This document shows positions 36,287 through 50,184 of a stretch of DNA of 64,000 nucleotides, piece by piece. The position numbers were made by a program, and so were the translations under genes. Source of the DNA: Amoebophrya sp. A120 (Eukaryota > Protista > Dinoflagellata). The number at the start of each line of letters is the position of its first letter. The first letter of the stretch is position 1. The notes beneath the pieces were generated by a model that had not been told where the DNA came from, did no database searches, and saw only the letters and a list, made by a program, of their open reading frames with translations. The stretch spans positions 868,001-932,000 of the forward strand of contig CAJINV010000020.1 in assembly GCA_905178155.1 (NCBI GenBank), in the 5' to 3' direction.

Positions 36287-36821
36287 GATATCGGTGAAAA
36301 CGAAAACTAAACTACAGAAAATATCAGACGCTCTATCTCTCTCACCCTGACGGCACCTAATATGAGCCGTCGTATTTTCATCTTCACAGGTGCGATATTG
36401 ACAGAATTATGTAAGTAAGTACCCGTGTCCGTGTGGTTCTCTCTTTTCAAGCAATGCTTTGATAAAATCGACCTGCTGGTGTAAAAGAAGCGAATTGCAC
36501 TACAGCAAAAGAAGAAAATCGCCACCTCGGCCGGGCCGCGCCGGCACTCGCTTAACATGGATTCTTGGTTTTCTGATTTAATTCACTGCTTCCGGGAGGA
36601 TAGCCAAAAAGAAAAACGCCTTCGAAGATGATCTTCGGTCATAGTCATGTTCTTTTCTAAATCGTCTTTATGTATGGGGCTGCACCAACATTCGAGAAGT
36701 ACATGAGGGAAAAACTCTTTCAATGTATCATAGTGTTGCTATGTTATGTCCGTATATTTTTTCACTAGATTTTTTTTGCTTTTCTAGTACACAACGAGGA
36801 CGCAGACCACGCACACGTATT

Positions 36822-39800
36822 TCACTTCCCTCCGCCGCCGCCCATCTCCGCAACATTGAGCACTTTTTCCTCGTAAAACCGGTGCAGCACCTTCACAAGC
36901 GAATTTATGTACACTGCAAACTCCACTTTCCGATCCTCGGCAATTTTCGGTTTTGCCTCCGTGTACGCCTTGCTCAGCAACTTCGTCAGCCTCCGGGCGG
37001 ACAACTCCTTGCACCGGGTGGCACAAAGAACATTAGGAGTCGTCGCGCTGGAAGTAGATAAGCGACGCGACTCGGATTGCAGATGCTGTTTCTGTTGCTG
37101 ATACGACACCAATCCGCTGCTTTTCATCGCGAAAGAAGTACAACTAGAAGAGGCTAGAAGTTCATTCCCTTCGTTCTTCTTACCCCTTGTCTGTTCTTTC
37201 CACAGCAAGCCCAATTCCTCTGCGTCAACGCCAGTCTTTGCTACCACAAAGTCCACCATTTTTCTCTTCTGCGCGTCCAGCATGTTGGCGACGTGCGATT
37301 TTAATTTCGTGGAAATCGGTGAGAGCAAGTTGTTCACGGTCTTGGCTGCGGGCGTATCCTTCAAATTTTCTAGAACATGATTTGGTCGTGGGGAGAAGAG
37401 AAGTTGTTTCGGGGAAAGTACCCAACGGTCTGAGAGTTTGGTTTCAGTTTCTGTTGACGAGGGGGTTGAGGGTGAAGAGGTGGAAGAAGAGGTCGGGGCC
37501 GGAAGAAGAGGTGTTGACGCTGCCGGCACAGCACTTACACTTAGACGTTGAAACAGAAGACCACCGCCCGCGAAAATGGGTCCAGAACTAGATCCTGTTG
37601 CTGCCGCCTCGGGTAGTTCTTCAGCAGAAGTTCCGGTTGTCGTGGTTCGTGTTGTCGGGGCTGCAGCGGTCGTATTCTTTTCGCTCGTCATCCCAGATTT
37701 ATCTTGACCCGAACCATGAGACACGATTGCAGCTGCTACATCTCCTTTTGCAGATGCACAACCGGTTACAGCTTCACTGCTGTCGAGTTCTTTTTCTTGG
37801 GCTTTCGAAGAAGTCTTTCGCGCTATCGTCGTGCTTTCATTTTGTACTTCTTGTAACAGGTATTGCACTTCTACATCGGCGCCGAAAAATGGGCGGAGCG
37901 CGGCCAAAACCTGGCTTGTTATCAGCTCCGGGAGTGGCTTCCTACCTGTAGTAGTATCGAGTTAAATCTGTTTAGCTCACGACGCTTTACCCGTTGTGCA
38001 ACTCGTTTTGCAAGAGATCAAGTGCCGACGTGCCAACATCCTCTAAAGGTGATGGAGCTTCTAAATGATTGTTCATTCCAGCAGGTTTCGGTTCAATATA
38101 CCAACATGTTTCTGCTTCTCTTTCGGCGTGGTCCTATCTTCTTCCCCGTTCGGCCCTCGACGCGGCTTCACAGCGTCGATGATCACACCTTTCTGCCTCA
38201 ATTCCTGCACACCGTTGGTCACGTATGAGAGTGAACAACCCCCCCTCCCCCTCATTTGTGTAGTTGCATGAACAGCAACACAAGCGCTGCCGAAGATGCA
38301 GCTTCTGCATGGCAAGTTCCTAGAGGATTGTAGCGCTGTTTTGGCATCCGAAAGCTGTCATGCCAACAGTGCCAAGAGCCAAAGGGTGGATTGGGTATTT
38401 TGCATGACAAATGAGGGGAGGGGTAGTTGTGCACTGTCATATCACAATTTTCAAACACGCCCGTAAACTCGGGGGCGGGATCTCTTTGATATAGTCACAC
38501 CGGTCGAGAAACGCCGGGTCCAGAACTTCCTTCACAAATAAGAGTGCACAACTCCCCCTCCCCCTCATTTGTGATGCAAAAAGCCAAATCCACATCTTGT
38601 CTGTATCAATCTGTAAGTACAGTTCGCATGACAAATTTTGGAACCACAAACAGCACTACAATCCGTTTTAGATTTGTCATGCGCAGGCTCCATTTGAGCT
38701 TGTGTCTGTATTGCTGCTCATACCATACAAATGAGGGGGAGGAGGACGAGTTGTGCAATCTCATATCACATTGGACGTCGCCAAAACAAAAATGTTGTGG
38801 AACCGCCGCGCCCGGTCGAGCTGCGTCAGCACCGCGTTCACGGCCCGCATGCCGTCGGTCGGCTCCGACGCCCCCAAAGTTTTCGTCCGACTGATACACA
38901 AGGACTCCACTTCGTCTAGTAGGATGAAAAATGCGGTTTTTTTCTGGCTTTCCTGTCCGGCGAAATTCACGATGGCTTCGAACAGCCGGGTGACAATTTT
39001 TCCGGATTCGGAAAACCACTTGCTCATCAGAGAGTGCGCGTCCACCTCGATTAGTTGCGCGGATTTAAACCCGAGCTTCTCGCTCCGTATTGCGAGCTTC
39101 TGCGCCAACGCCTTACAGAGGGAAGTTTTGCCCGTGCCCGGTGGGCCGTGGAAGAGAAACACTTTGTTCTGCGGGACCAAGTTCGGGTCGATCTTCTTCT
39201 GGGACAAAGACATCGCGCAATAGAGCGCTTCCAGCAGCTCGTGCTTCAACGCGTCGAGCTTATTGCTCGGTGGACTTGGGGGCCCTCGCTGTAGTTCTTG
39301 CGGACCCCCAAGAACATCAGACCTCGACTTCTGAGTAGCACCAGCGACAAAACTATCGTCTCCAAACTGCAAGGACTCCCAAACGCCCTCGAAAAACTCG
39401 TGCGGCAACCGCCAGCATCGCAAGGGCGGCAGCGTGATTTCGTCGTTCTGTTCTCCACTCGTGTTAAAATCGAGGAAGAGCGGGTCGGGATTTCCTTTTT
39501 CACATTGGTAGCAATGCACCACGAGCTCCGGCGTGAAGTCCGCAACCTGGTTCGGGCAGGAGAGCAAGCCCAGATCGAGTTCGTCGTCTCGTTCCACCAA
39601 AACCTTCTTCATATACGGGACCAAATGGTCCCCCGCCACATAGACCCGTTCGGCGATTTCTCGTTCGGCTTCGGGTTTCGTCTGGTCTTTCGCTTCCGCG
39701 AAATAGTACGGCCGGTGCTGTCGGTACAGCGTGTAAAAATCGAGGCTCGTCACCGAATTTGGCTTGGTTAAGTCGGATAGCAAGGGCCGCCGACAGAAGA

Positions 39801-39894
39801 TGGGGAAGAAGGCGTCAACGAAGCAATTTTCTCGCTGTTTCACCGTGTCAATCATGCAACGAGGGTCAATCGAGACCTCGAAAACGACAACCAT
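36822..39894 (-). CDS. PCH2: Pachytene checkpoint 2 / TRIP13 AAA+ ATPase
   Basis: HGPPGTGKTSLCKALAQKL, HSLMSKWFSESGK, DEVESL, EPTDGMRAVNAVLTQLD, TSNVKEVLDPAFLDR (after insert removal). Predicted GT-AG intron 38101-37946 links to the C-terminal LSARRLTKL helix. Confidence 0.9.
38224..38441. mobile_element. Introner family C
   Basis: TSD TCACG/TCACA; family C IR. Confidence 0.88.
38537..38765. mobile_element. Introner family C
   Basis: TSD TCACA; family C IR. Confidence 0.88.
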
Positions 39895-40429
39895 TTTGTC
39901 TATTTACCCTCTGGATCTGGCTTCAATGGCTCCGCTTGATTACATCAAACTCAAAGCAAAAACTACCCGCCAATATGATTCTTTCTTCTATACACTCTTA
40001 AAAATCCTCGCGTCGTGTAAGTATGTCGCCCACATTGCCGATGTACTTCTGATGTAGTCCCACATACTCACATCCCGGGAAAAAAAAAGCTAACCACACC
40101 TTGCTAGCTCACGACTTGAATTCTGATATAGCAATTCTAAATTTATTGTTTGAGAACCAGAGCACGTTGATCCACCAAGCGTCCTAGTCGCACGGAAAAA
40201 AGATCCTTTTTGTTAGCCCGATAAAGGAAGAAGCCAGCACCGCAAGCCACGATGGCAGAGAAATGTTGCAGATGATGCAACCACAAACCAGTTCAAATTT
40301 GATGGTACCCGGCCCCATGCCTATTGAAACGAACACCGCTGCCAGAGCGCGCACTTGGGGGCTTCTGACTACGTGCCCCCGCTGCCGTTGCGAGGCGGAA
40401 GACATCAAGGAGGTAGGTAACAATAGTGG

Positions 40430-42100
40430 TTGCGGCTCGACCTCGGCCTCGCGCTGCTTCCCTTCAAAGGGAATCCGTTCCCATGTGCTGACAGACTATG
40501 ACAGACGACGAGCTGGTGCTTGCCGCGAAAAGGGCGGCGCGCGCGCGCCCGCGGGCAACGAACTGCGGCAGGCGACTAACTGCTTTGGGGCGGCGCGCGT
40601 GCGCACTGTCCGCGCGATTGATTAGACTGGCTGGCACGGTGCCACGCGCTAGGCCGACGGGGGTGGGGCTGCGCGCCCGCGTGCCTTGTCTGTGACTCGG
40701 CGGCCCCGCGCGCCCGCGATAGACCGAAGCACCTGCCCGGCCAAGGATGAAAATAAGGAAGGGCCCGAGCGGCCCTCCGGGGCCAACCATACTGGAAGAG
40801 GGGGCCCCGCTTGCCGCCCCGTCCCCCCCCGGATAGTTGGGGGGCTTGCCAATAAGCAGCACGAGGCGGGCCGCGCGGCCTGCAGGCCCGCCCCCGCCCA
40901 ACCCCATTGCGTGCCGTCGCATGCCGGGCGCCCCGCCATGCCCTTGCTTCGTTCGCGAGGGCGGCGGGCGATTTTCCCCGAAGTAGAGGCAGGACCTCGC
41001 CGGCCGCCGCCTGCGCTCTCCTTCACCGCCCGCCGGCGCGTCGCGGGTCCCCGCCCCCCCCCCCCCCCCCCGGCCTGCGGGGCGGCCCCCCGCAGCTACA
41101 TCGCACAGGCCCGGGGATTGCAGAAAAAACACAGACAAGGGGGGGGGCGCCGGCCCTTCAATATCGGCGCGCGACGATGTCGCGCGCCCAGGCGTGTTCT
41201 GATGGCCTCGGCTTTCGGGGAGATAGCCTTCCCCTGTTTTCGCCACGGTGCCGCGCGCCATGTTGATCTGCTTCGCTTCGCAATATCTGCGCTTCTCGAA
41301 TTTCGTCCGACTTTGCCCTAAGCATTGGGGGAACAAGTTCGCCCTGTTTTCTATCTCCTACAATTGCCGCCGAGTGGGCGCCGCGCCTTTTGTACACCAC
41401 GAAAATGCTCGCCGTCGGCTGGGTCTGTGTAGAACAAACCCAACAGAAACGCGGCGCATAGCCCGGAGCCGGGCCCATACGCTTTGCCTGCGCGTCGAAG
41501 GGAGGCGGCCAACGCGCGCCGCCGGTGCAGGAGCAAGAGGAGACGAACAACAGCGAAAACTGCGCGCGCCCGTACCTGGGAGGTTTCAAATTGGTCCTGT
41601 TCTGTCTACAGCCCCGCACCTCTTCCGCAACCCGTCCAACCGCTCGGCCCCGGCCGTTGCGCCGCTGGCGCTTCGGCGCGTCTTTGCGTAGGTAGCCGGA
41701 GGCGCCTAGGCCGGCGGGCGGGTGGAGTCTGAATCTCCCCCGGCGGCGCTTTCTCTCTGCTCGCGCCTTTCGCCCAGGGCTCCACACCGGCTTCCTGTCG
41801 CAACCAGTTCTGCTCCTTGCTTCAGAAGCATGCAAGGCAAACAAAGGCACGCCCCTAATTTGGGCGCCAGGAATAAAGTCAGGGCCGCGCCGCGGCCGCG
41901 CGCCGGCTTCCTTGCTTCGAACCTACGCGCCGGCCTTGTCCTCGCGCGCTGCCTTTGGCGCGGGCGGGCTTGTTTCTATAGTACACCGAACGAACAAAGA
42001 TGCCAAAAAAAAGGCACTTCGGCTGCGGTGGCTGAAGACGAGCGGGAACACGCCTTCTTGTTTGACAATACAAATCGGCCCGAGGCCAGGTTGGCAAAGT
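40430..42100. other. GC-shifted intergenic island 2
   Basis: Same texture as island 1, including a long C run at ~41055-41071. Confidence 0.75.
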
Positions 42101-42169
42101 GACGTGGCACCAAGGCTGTGGCCATCTATCAACTCACGAAGGGCAGTCGCACCATCGCAGTATTAACTT

Positions 42170-44291
42170 TCAATCCGCCTCTTCTCCTTTCTTCAAATTT
42201 GTCTGTTCTAGTAGTGGCACGAGTTCCAAACACATTTTCTTGATGAACACCTGCAAGATGCAGTAGATCTCAAACGCGTCCTCATTGCGATGCTTCATCG
42301 TTCCCACTTTAACCCCTCGAACGTGGACCGCGTTGTTCACTTGGTCCAGCAAATTTCCTGCCGCCGGGTCGACTTGCATACTCAAGGACTGGTCGTGGCC
42401 GACTTTCTGGAAGTACACCCGGTCCCTCGCAGGTCGATTATACCGGATGTTCGCCGGAAACCGCACCCAGCGACTAGAAAATTTCTGCAGCTCTGGCTGC
42501 TTGATCGGCTTAGCCGAGGATTTTGCTTTCTGCGCTAAAGTCGACCTGCCGTGTGTCGCTCCAGAACTCGCTGAGCTTGTTCCGCCGGACTTGTTGTTGG
42601 GGTTTGTAGTTCCACCTCTAGAAGTAGAGGAGCCAGCTGGTCCTTCATCCGTCTCCTCTTCGGCTTTCAGCTTGTTCATCGTCCCCTCGCCATCTTCTAC
42701 CTCGCCGTGCTTGGCCCCGTCCCCGGGGATCCGTAGGCCGCCGGCTTGCTTGTCATTGATCTTCCGCATTTTCTCTTCGTACGCGCTAATGACGTGCTTC
42801 AGTTTGTACTTGCTCTTCAGCGCTTCTAGCAAGGCTGCAATCTCTGTGGCTTGGGAATTGGATTTGGCTGTGGACGAGCAGGAGGGTGGTCCTCCCACTC
42901 CTGTCCCCTGAAGATCCGACACCGAGAGGTCCTCTCTGGCCGCACTGTTGGTTCCGCGAGGACCTTCAGGCACTGGCAACCGCAAATTGCTGACCATTTT
43001 CGGACCCTGGGCGGCCTCGAGGTAGTGACAGAGCAAGGCACCCCAACAGTAGTCGCAGGATGGCACGGTGATGGTAAAGTGCAGCGACCCGTTCAGAGCA
43101 CCCTCGGAGTTCTCGGCTTCGTGAAGCAGGCCGCGTGGCATGTAGAGAATATCCCCGGCCTCCATGGTCACTTCGCCTACGTACCTGTCGTGAAGAAAGC
43201 AAATGCTTACTAACTTGAATTGGAGCATCCCCTCCATCACAGAAAGTTGCACCTACTTCTTGCACCTAGGGTGTGTGGTACTCAGGCCGCGCAACTACAT
43301 GCAGCCTTCATGCAACTATGTACCGTACGACTATATCTGTATATGTTGACAACTTTTATTCCTTACAATACCTGTCCTCTCCCAGGCATTTTTCCGGCAC
43401 TGGCTTCTTCTTCCCGAGCATTTCCTCCGTGTAAATTAACAGCGGGTCTGCCTGGTACAGATGCCATTTCTTCTTCCCCCAGACCTGGAGAATGAAAACA
43501 TCCTGGTCGTCGCTGTGTGGGCGGACGGCCTGCGAACCGGGTGGGGTCAAGTAGTACACGCAGAACACGTATCAATTGCAAAAGTGTCTGGGTCTGGAAG
43601 ATTGTGAGACCTGTCATTCCCGTTTTGCATGAGCCATGATGTCTGTGATGCATGCCCTAGCATCACAGATTCTTTGAGTGCTTCTGGATGCCAATTCCGC
43701 ATGACATCAAATGCCCTCTCCGCGTAGCAAAAATTACACTCCCTTTGCTGCTGCTGCAATACAGTTTTTTTTGGAGTCCAAATGCTGCAGCACAAGTTGC
43801 ATCCTTCCAGACCCAGACATTTTTGCATTTGATAACACGTGATGGAAGAACTTCTTCGCCAAGTGCTGACAAAACTTCAGTAGAGACTCGTCTAGTCTGT
43901 CCGCCTGGTTGTACACGAGCGACCCACCAGCCAGGTACCCCCGCACCGGGTCATCCCCGATCGAGTCTATCTCTCGCTGCTTCTGCGTCTTGATATTGTT
44001 GTTGCCTGCTCGAAGACTATCATGTTCGCACGATTTTTCGTGGACAAAGACACGGCAGTCCGGCCCCAGCATCCGGTTAACGAACCGGTCCACAGAAAAG
44101 TGCTCGGGGAAAAAGTTGTCCTGGACATCCCTCCAGTGCCGGTGCTTTTTCTCCCACGTGCTCTGCCAAAACTCTGGTGTGAGGATTTCCTTCTCGAAGA
44201 ATTCAAATTTGCTCGGATCCAGGGGCCGGCCGGAGGTGGAGGAGGAGGAGGAGGGCGTGGCGGTCGCGTGGCTGGTTGTGTTGCGACCCAT
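42170..44291 (-). CDS. JmjC/cupin-4 2-oxoglutarate oxygenase (RIOX1/NO66-like)
   Basis: [50 protein letters not shown]. Insert 43570-43834; GT-AG intron 43371-43185. Confidence 0.9.
43570..43834. mobile_element. Introner family B
   Basis: TSD ACACG; similar to 23887-24163. Confidence 0.9.
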
Positions 44292-44885
44292 GGTTCCTAA
44301 CTTTGAACTTCTTGTGTCACAAGTGAGGCAAGCGCAAGTAAGCGTAAGAACGAAGGGGTGCGGGCTGTGCTGCCATAGGGGCATATAGGTAAGTGATCAA
44401 ATCTCAAAATTCAGCTACAATTTCTGCATCATCAACTTCGACGTTAATAAATGCGGGGAAAGGTGACAGGATCGGTGCTTGTTCTTCATTCTGTAGTATA
44501 CGAGAGCAGCAAATTTCTTCAACTTCATCGTCGATACCGTCCAGACGAACGGGTGTGAAAGAGTACGAATAGTGGAAACTACGGGAAGAACAAATTTGTA
44601 CGAGATGAAGCGGCCAACTGTAAAACAGAGCACCATATAGAAACGACCACTAGTGGGGGCGCAAGCAGCACCTCTACCGTGGCGGAGTTTCTTGGCCAGC
44701 TGAGAAGTTTGTTTATTGCTTGCTACCCGCTTGCAACATGTAGCCGCGTGGTTCTGGTGCATTTTCTTTTTTCTATACAATCTATAAACTCCTGCTTTAT
44801 AATGATTTGTATCAATTGTCGTGTTCATTTACGTAAATATAAAAGTGAAAATCAGTCTTCATCAGGCCTGTCCCGTTGTTTCGCT

Positions 44886-46196
44886 TTACATCTGCTTCTT
44901 CGAAGCGTCCATTTTCATCGCATTCTTACTCCCGCCTCCTGTGGTACTCGTCCTACCACCGGTCAACGAACCGGCGTTTGCCGAAGAACCACCTCCACTA
45001 CCTTTCGGTGACGACGGTCCACTGTTTTTCGGCGATAGGGGTTTATTCCGCACAGAAGTAGGCGTGCTTGATCGCTGCATTTTCTTCCTGGAATTTTTCA
45101 GAATTTGGCTCTTCAGCTCCGTATAGTTGAAGAGCACCAAACTTACCAACACGATCGTCATCCCGGCTACTGACCGTATTGTTGGACTGTAGTGCACTGC
45201 GGGGTGGTTTGGTAAGAACACGCTCGCCAATATCCCCAGAACCGCGGAACAGAACATGCTGGCCCCGAACATGAACAGCTTGTGTAAGTTTCCGAGGTAG
45301 CGCATAACGTACCCCAGCGTGAGGCCGAGGAGAGCTTTGTTCCCACAATCCAGTACCGTGAAAACATTCCACCCGCGGAAAAGGAAGAGCTCGGGGATTT
45401 TGAAATCTTCAACGCGTGTTTGGGGCAGGCTAGTTTTGATACTATTTGAAGAATCTGGTGAAGCCGACGCTGTAATTCCTGAAGTGTTGTACATGTAGAT
45501 GCCGTTGTTGACGACCAACCCTCCGATATACATCGCTGCGCTCGCCACGTGTACACTCTGCTTCGCATCTCGTCTGTAGACGTATTCGCAGTAAATCGAC
45601 GCCCCCGCCGAGCAGAGGCAATAGAAAAACGCGAGCGCAAAGCCCGTGGGTGTACAGAAGGTCTTGGTGGTCTTCTGACTGTGGTCTGAAGAAGATTTTT
45701 CATCATCTGCCATCGCTTTCACCTTCTCTTGCTCTCCGCTGCTGACGGCAATGGCGCTGCCCGCGGTCAGGAGAAGCAGCGCAAACCACTGCCTAGGCTC
45801 CAGGTGTTTTCGAAACACGACCCACCAAACTAGACTGGTCACAAGAATTTTGTTTTGCAGCAGGACCTGCTGCGTCACACCATCCATATGGTTTGCGAGT
45901 ATGATGTCCAAATTGTTGTTTATCGCGTACAAAACGGTGGGCACCATGAAACTCAAAATCTCCTTCGCCATCATTTTGGTGAAGAGTTTTTCCCGGCACA
46001 TCCGCAGCAGCGATTTGTTCGTTTCCCGGAAGAGAAACAACAAACTCAGGAACAATTTGCCCAACTCCGCAAAGAAAACCACGCTGGCGGCATCGAAGGC
46101 GAAATCTGTTTTTCCAACCTTGGCGAGGTTGGGTAGGAAGCTGAGCAGAGAATACGTAACCGAGCCAGCAACGAACAACGCGACTTGGAACAACAT
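44886..46196 (-). CDS. Nucleotide-sugar transporter (SLC35A-like)
   Basis: AELGKL, PTVLYAINNNL, QVLLQNKILVT, QWFALLLL, VMRYLGNLHK; many TM segments. Confidence 0.9.
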   Translation of the reverse strand: MLFQVALFVAGSVTYSLLSFLPNLAKVGKTDFAFDAASVVFFAELGKLFLSLLFLFRETNKSLLRMCREKLFTKMMAKEILSFMVPTVLYAINNNLDIILANHMDGVTQQVLLQNKILVTSLVWWVVFRKHLEPRQWFALLLLTAGSAIAVSSGEQEKVKAMADDEKSSSDHSQKTTKTFCTPTGFALAFFYCLCSAGASIYCEYVYRRDAKQSVHVASAAMYIGGLVVNNGIYMYNTSGITASASPDSSNSIKTSLPQTRVEDFKIPELFLFRGWNVFTVLDCGNKALLGLTLGYVMRYLGNLHKLFMFGASMFCSAVLGILASVFLPNHPAVHYSPTIRSVAGMTIVLVSLVLFNYTELKSQILKNSRKKMQRSSTPTSVRNKPLSPKNSGPSSPKGSGGGSSANAGSLTGGRTSTTGGGSKNAMKMDASKKQM

Positions 46197-47161
46197 TTTT
46201 TTTGTTTGAGTGATTGCAACTTCTTCTAGTCCGGCTCGATAAAATCAAAAATATCCACACTCACACATACATAAGTAGAAGCTCGATATAATGTGAAGAA
46301 CATGTCGACGACGGCGTTTCTGATTTTATTGGGTACAACACGTGCAACTTGTTCACCTCGAACGGACCCGTCGGTTGTCTTCCTACCGGAGAACCGATCG
46401 GCCCACCTGGTACTTAGTGCGGAAGCGTGCAGGGCGATCAACAACAAGGAGAACACTGTTGTGCCGTAGTCGTAGATGTGAAGTCCTACAAAATTTTTCG
46501 GACCTCAAGGCGAAGACCCAGCTTCTTTTGAGAAGTAGGGCTTCATCGCAGTTCTATCTTCATTCTAGTATCCACCTTGATTGTTCACGGTTCACAGATG
46601 CGCTAACGTGTTGTTGACAGTGCGCAAATTGCTCTTGGCGTCGCCACTGGAACCAACATCTCTTCCCAGAGGCAAAAAGAGCAGCCGTGTGCATCAGTGT
46701 AAACGAAATTAGGAGCGCGCGGATGGATAAAGCCTATCTTTAAGATGAAGATTCTGACATTATAGTTTTTCCCCTAGAGGTTCCTGACCACGGATCCTGC
46801 TAGCCCCTTGTTAAAGGTGAATAAAACCATTTTAGATCTTCATTGAGTGCGGGTGAGACGAAAAAACTATATCGGTGAGACGAAAGAGCAGATAGAGGAG
46901 GCACTTACGAAATAAATCAAAACTCGTTCATGATAGATCAAAGACTAGTACTAATTCAAACTCAAACTCAACCGCGAAGGTCTTTCGTAAACACATTCAG
47001 CTGGTGGACAATCGTACTGTTCACCATCAACTACAGAGATGATAGCAAACAGAGTGCCTTTGTGATGAAAACGGAAATCCTCACCACGACTCTTGAAAGG
47101 ACAAGGAAGAAAAGAATCTTCAGAAGAATACTAAGCAGCTACTTCTTCAAAAAAACTTCCT

Positions 47162-48774
<1,613 letters not shown>

Positions 48775-50184
48775 CTAGTATAAGGAGTAAGTAACGGAAA
48801 AGGTGAACAACTCCGTGAACAAGAAGATGATGCTTCTACTTTAATCGTCTGCAAAAAGAGGCGGGAAAAAAATTGTAGCGAGGAAAAAACAGATACAGAT
48901 GGGAGAATGGGGGAAGGGAATGTTATGTACTTCAAAAGTCGTGAAAGTAATGAACTTGTTGTTGAGAACGCTACGCTGCAGTGGTTTATCTTCCTAATCG
49001 AATCGGATCTGCAACTCAATGACCAAAGGACCGGTGGTCCATGCGCCACACTGCGGAAGGAACTTCCTCTTCAAAAATGTACATCTTCGGCGATCTTGTT
49101 AGATGAAGACGAAGCTGCAAGAAAGTCTTGCTTCATCTTTTTTAAGTCACACACAGACACACGTCGTTCCTTATGATCTGATGCCGAATTGAAATTGATC
49201 TTCTTCGCGAGCAGCTGACAAGACCCATCATGTCACAAATTTTCATAACGCAGCAGCAGCGATTTTTTCCAAAAAGCACAGACATGAGTATGAGACCAAG
49301 ACATCGATAAATTTTTCGAAGCGTTGCAGTAGTGGCATCCAAGAGACATGGCGGGACTCGGTCTAGGAACAAAGAGAACCATTCCAAGTGCTGCAGCATA
49401 TGCATACTATAGCGCACATGTATGAAGAAGCCAAGGCAAGGGAAGGGACGTATGTATCGGCTTCGGCATTCATGATTGCGTTACAAACTTACGGAATTCC
49501 TTTTCTGCGTTAGCGTTGCCGTTGCTCAAATTGCTTTATTCAAGTTTTGGCGTCGAAATGCCAGGCGTTCGTCTTCATCTGGGCCGGCGCTGATGACGAT
49601 CAGCGATGGTGCTATCCACAGACGCAGGCACGCGAGTTCCTTTACATGCGCTTGGCCACCCTGAGAGCAGTCGATGGCTTTTGCCAGCTTGTTGCATTGT
49701 TATATCCACATCTGGTATATCTAGTGTAGTTGCCGGCGAGAAAGCACGACCTACTGCGTTTAATATTGGTGTGTGAGTATTCGTTACCGTTAGATTCTTG
49801 TTCGGCGGGGTTGCATTTTCATCATGTCATTAGATATCATAGATTTATTTCCGAGTAAGAATTGCCACTGAGCGTGCACCAAAACAACAAAAGTGAAAGT
49901 GGAGCAGAAATAGGAATAGCAGAAGCACCCGAGGTTGCGTCGGTACCAAGTGTTGGATCGCAGGAAACTATCTATACGCATATGCTTCGCGTAGATCTTG
50001 TTTCACCTCTGAGCACTTCGCTATCACTTCAGTAGTCCTCTTGCTCTTCACATTCAAAAAATAGACTCGCATGATACATGCTAGTCCACCCTGTTCAAAA
50101 TTTTCGAAGAAGCGAGCTGCATGCGTAACATAGACACACCAGGAGCGTTCTCCTTCGTACTTCCATCTTGCGTTCGGACGCCTC

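Noticed and set aside
40464-42102. Long ORFs in GC island 2
   Set aside because: Same compositional artefact; open on several frames and both strands.
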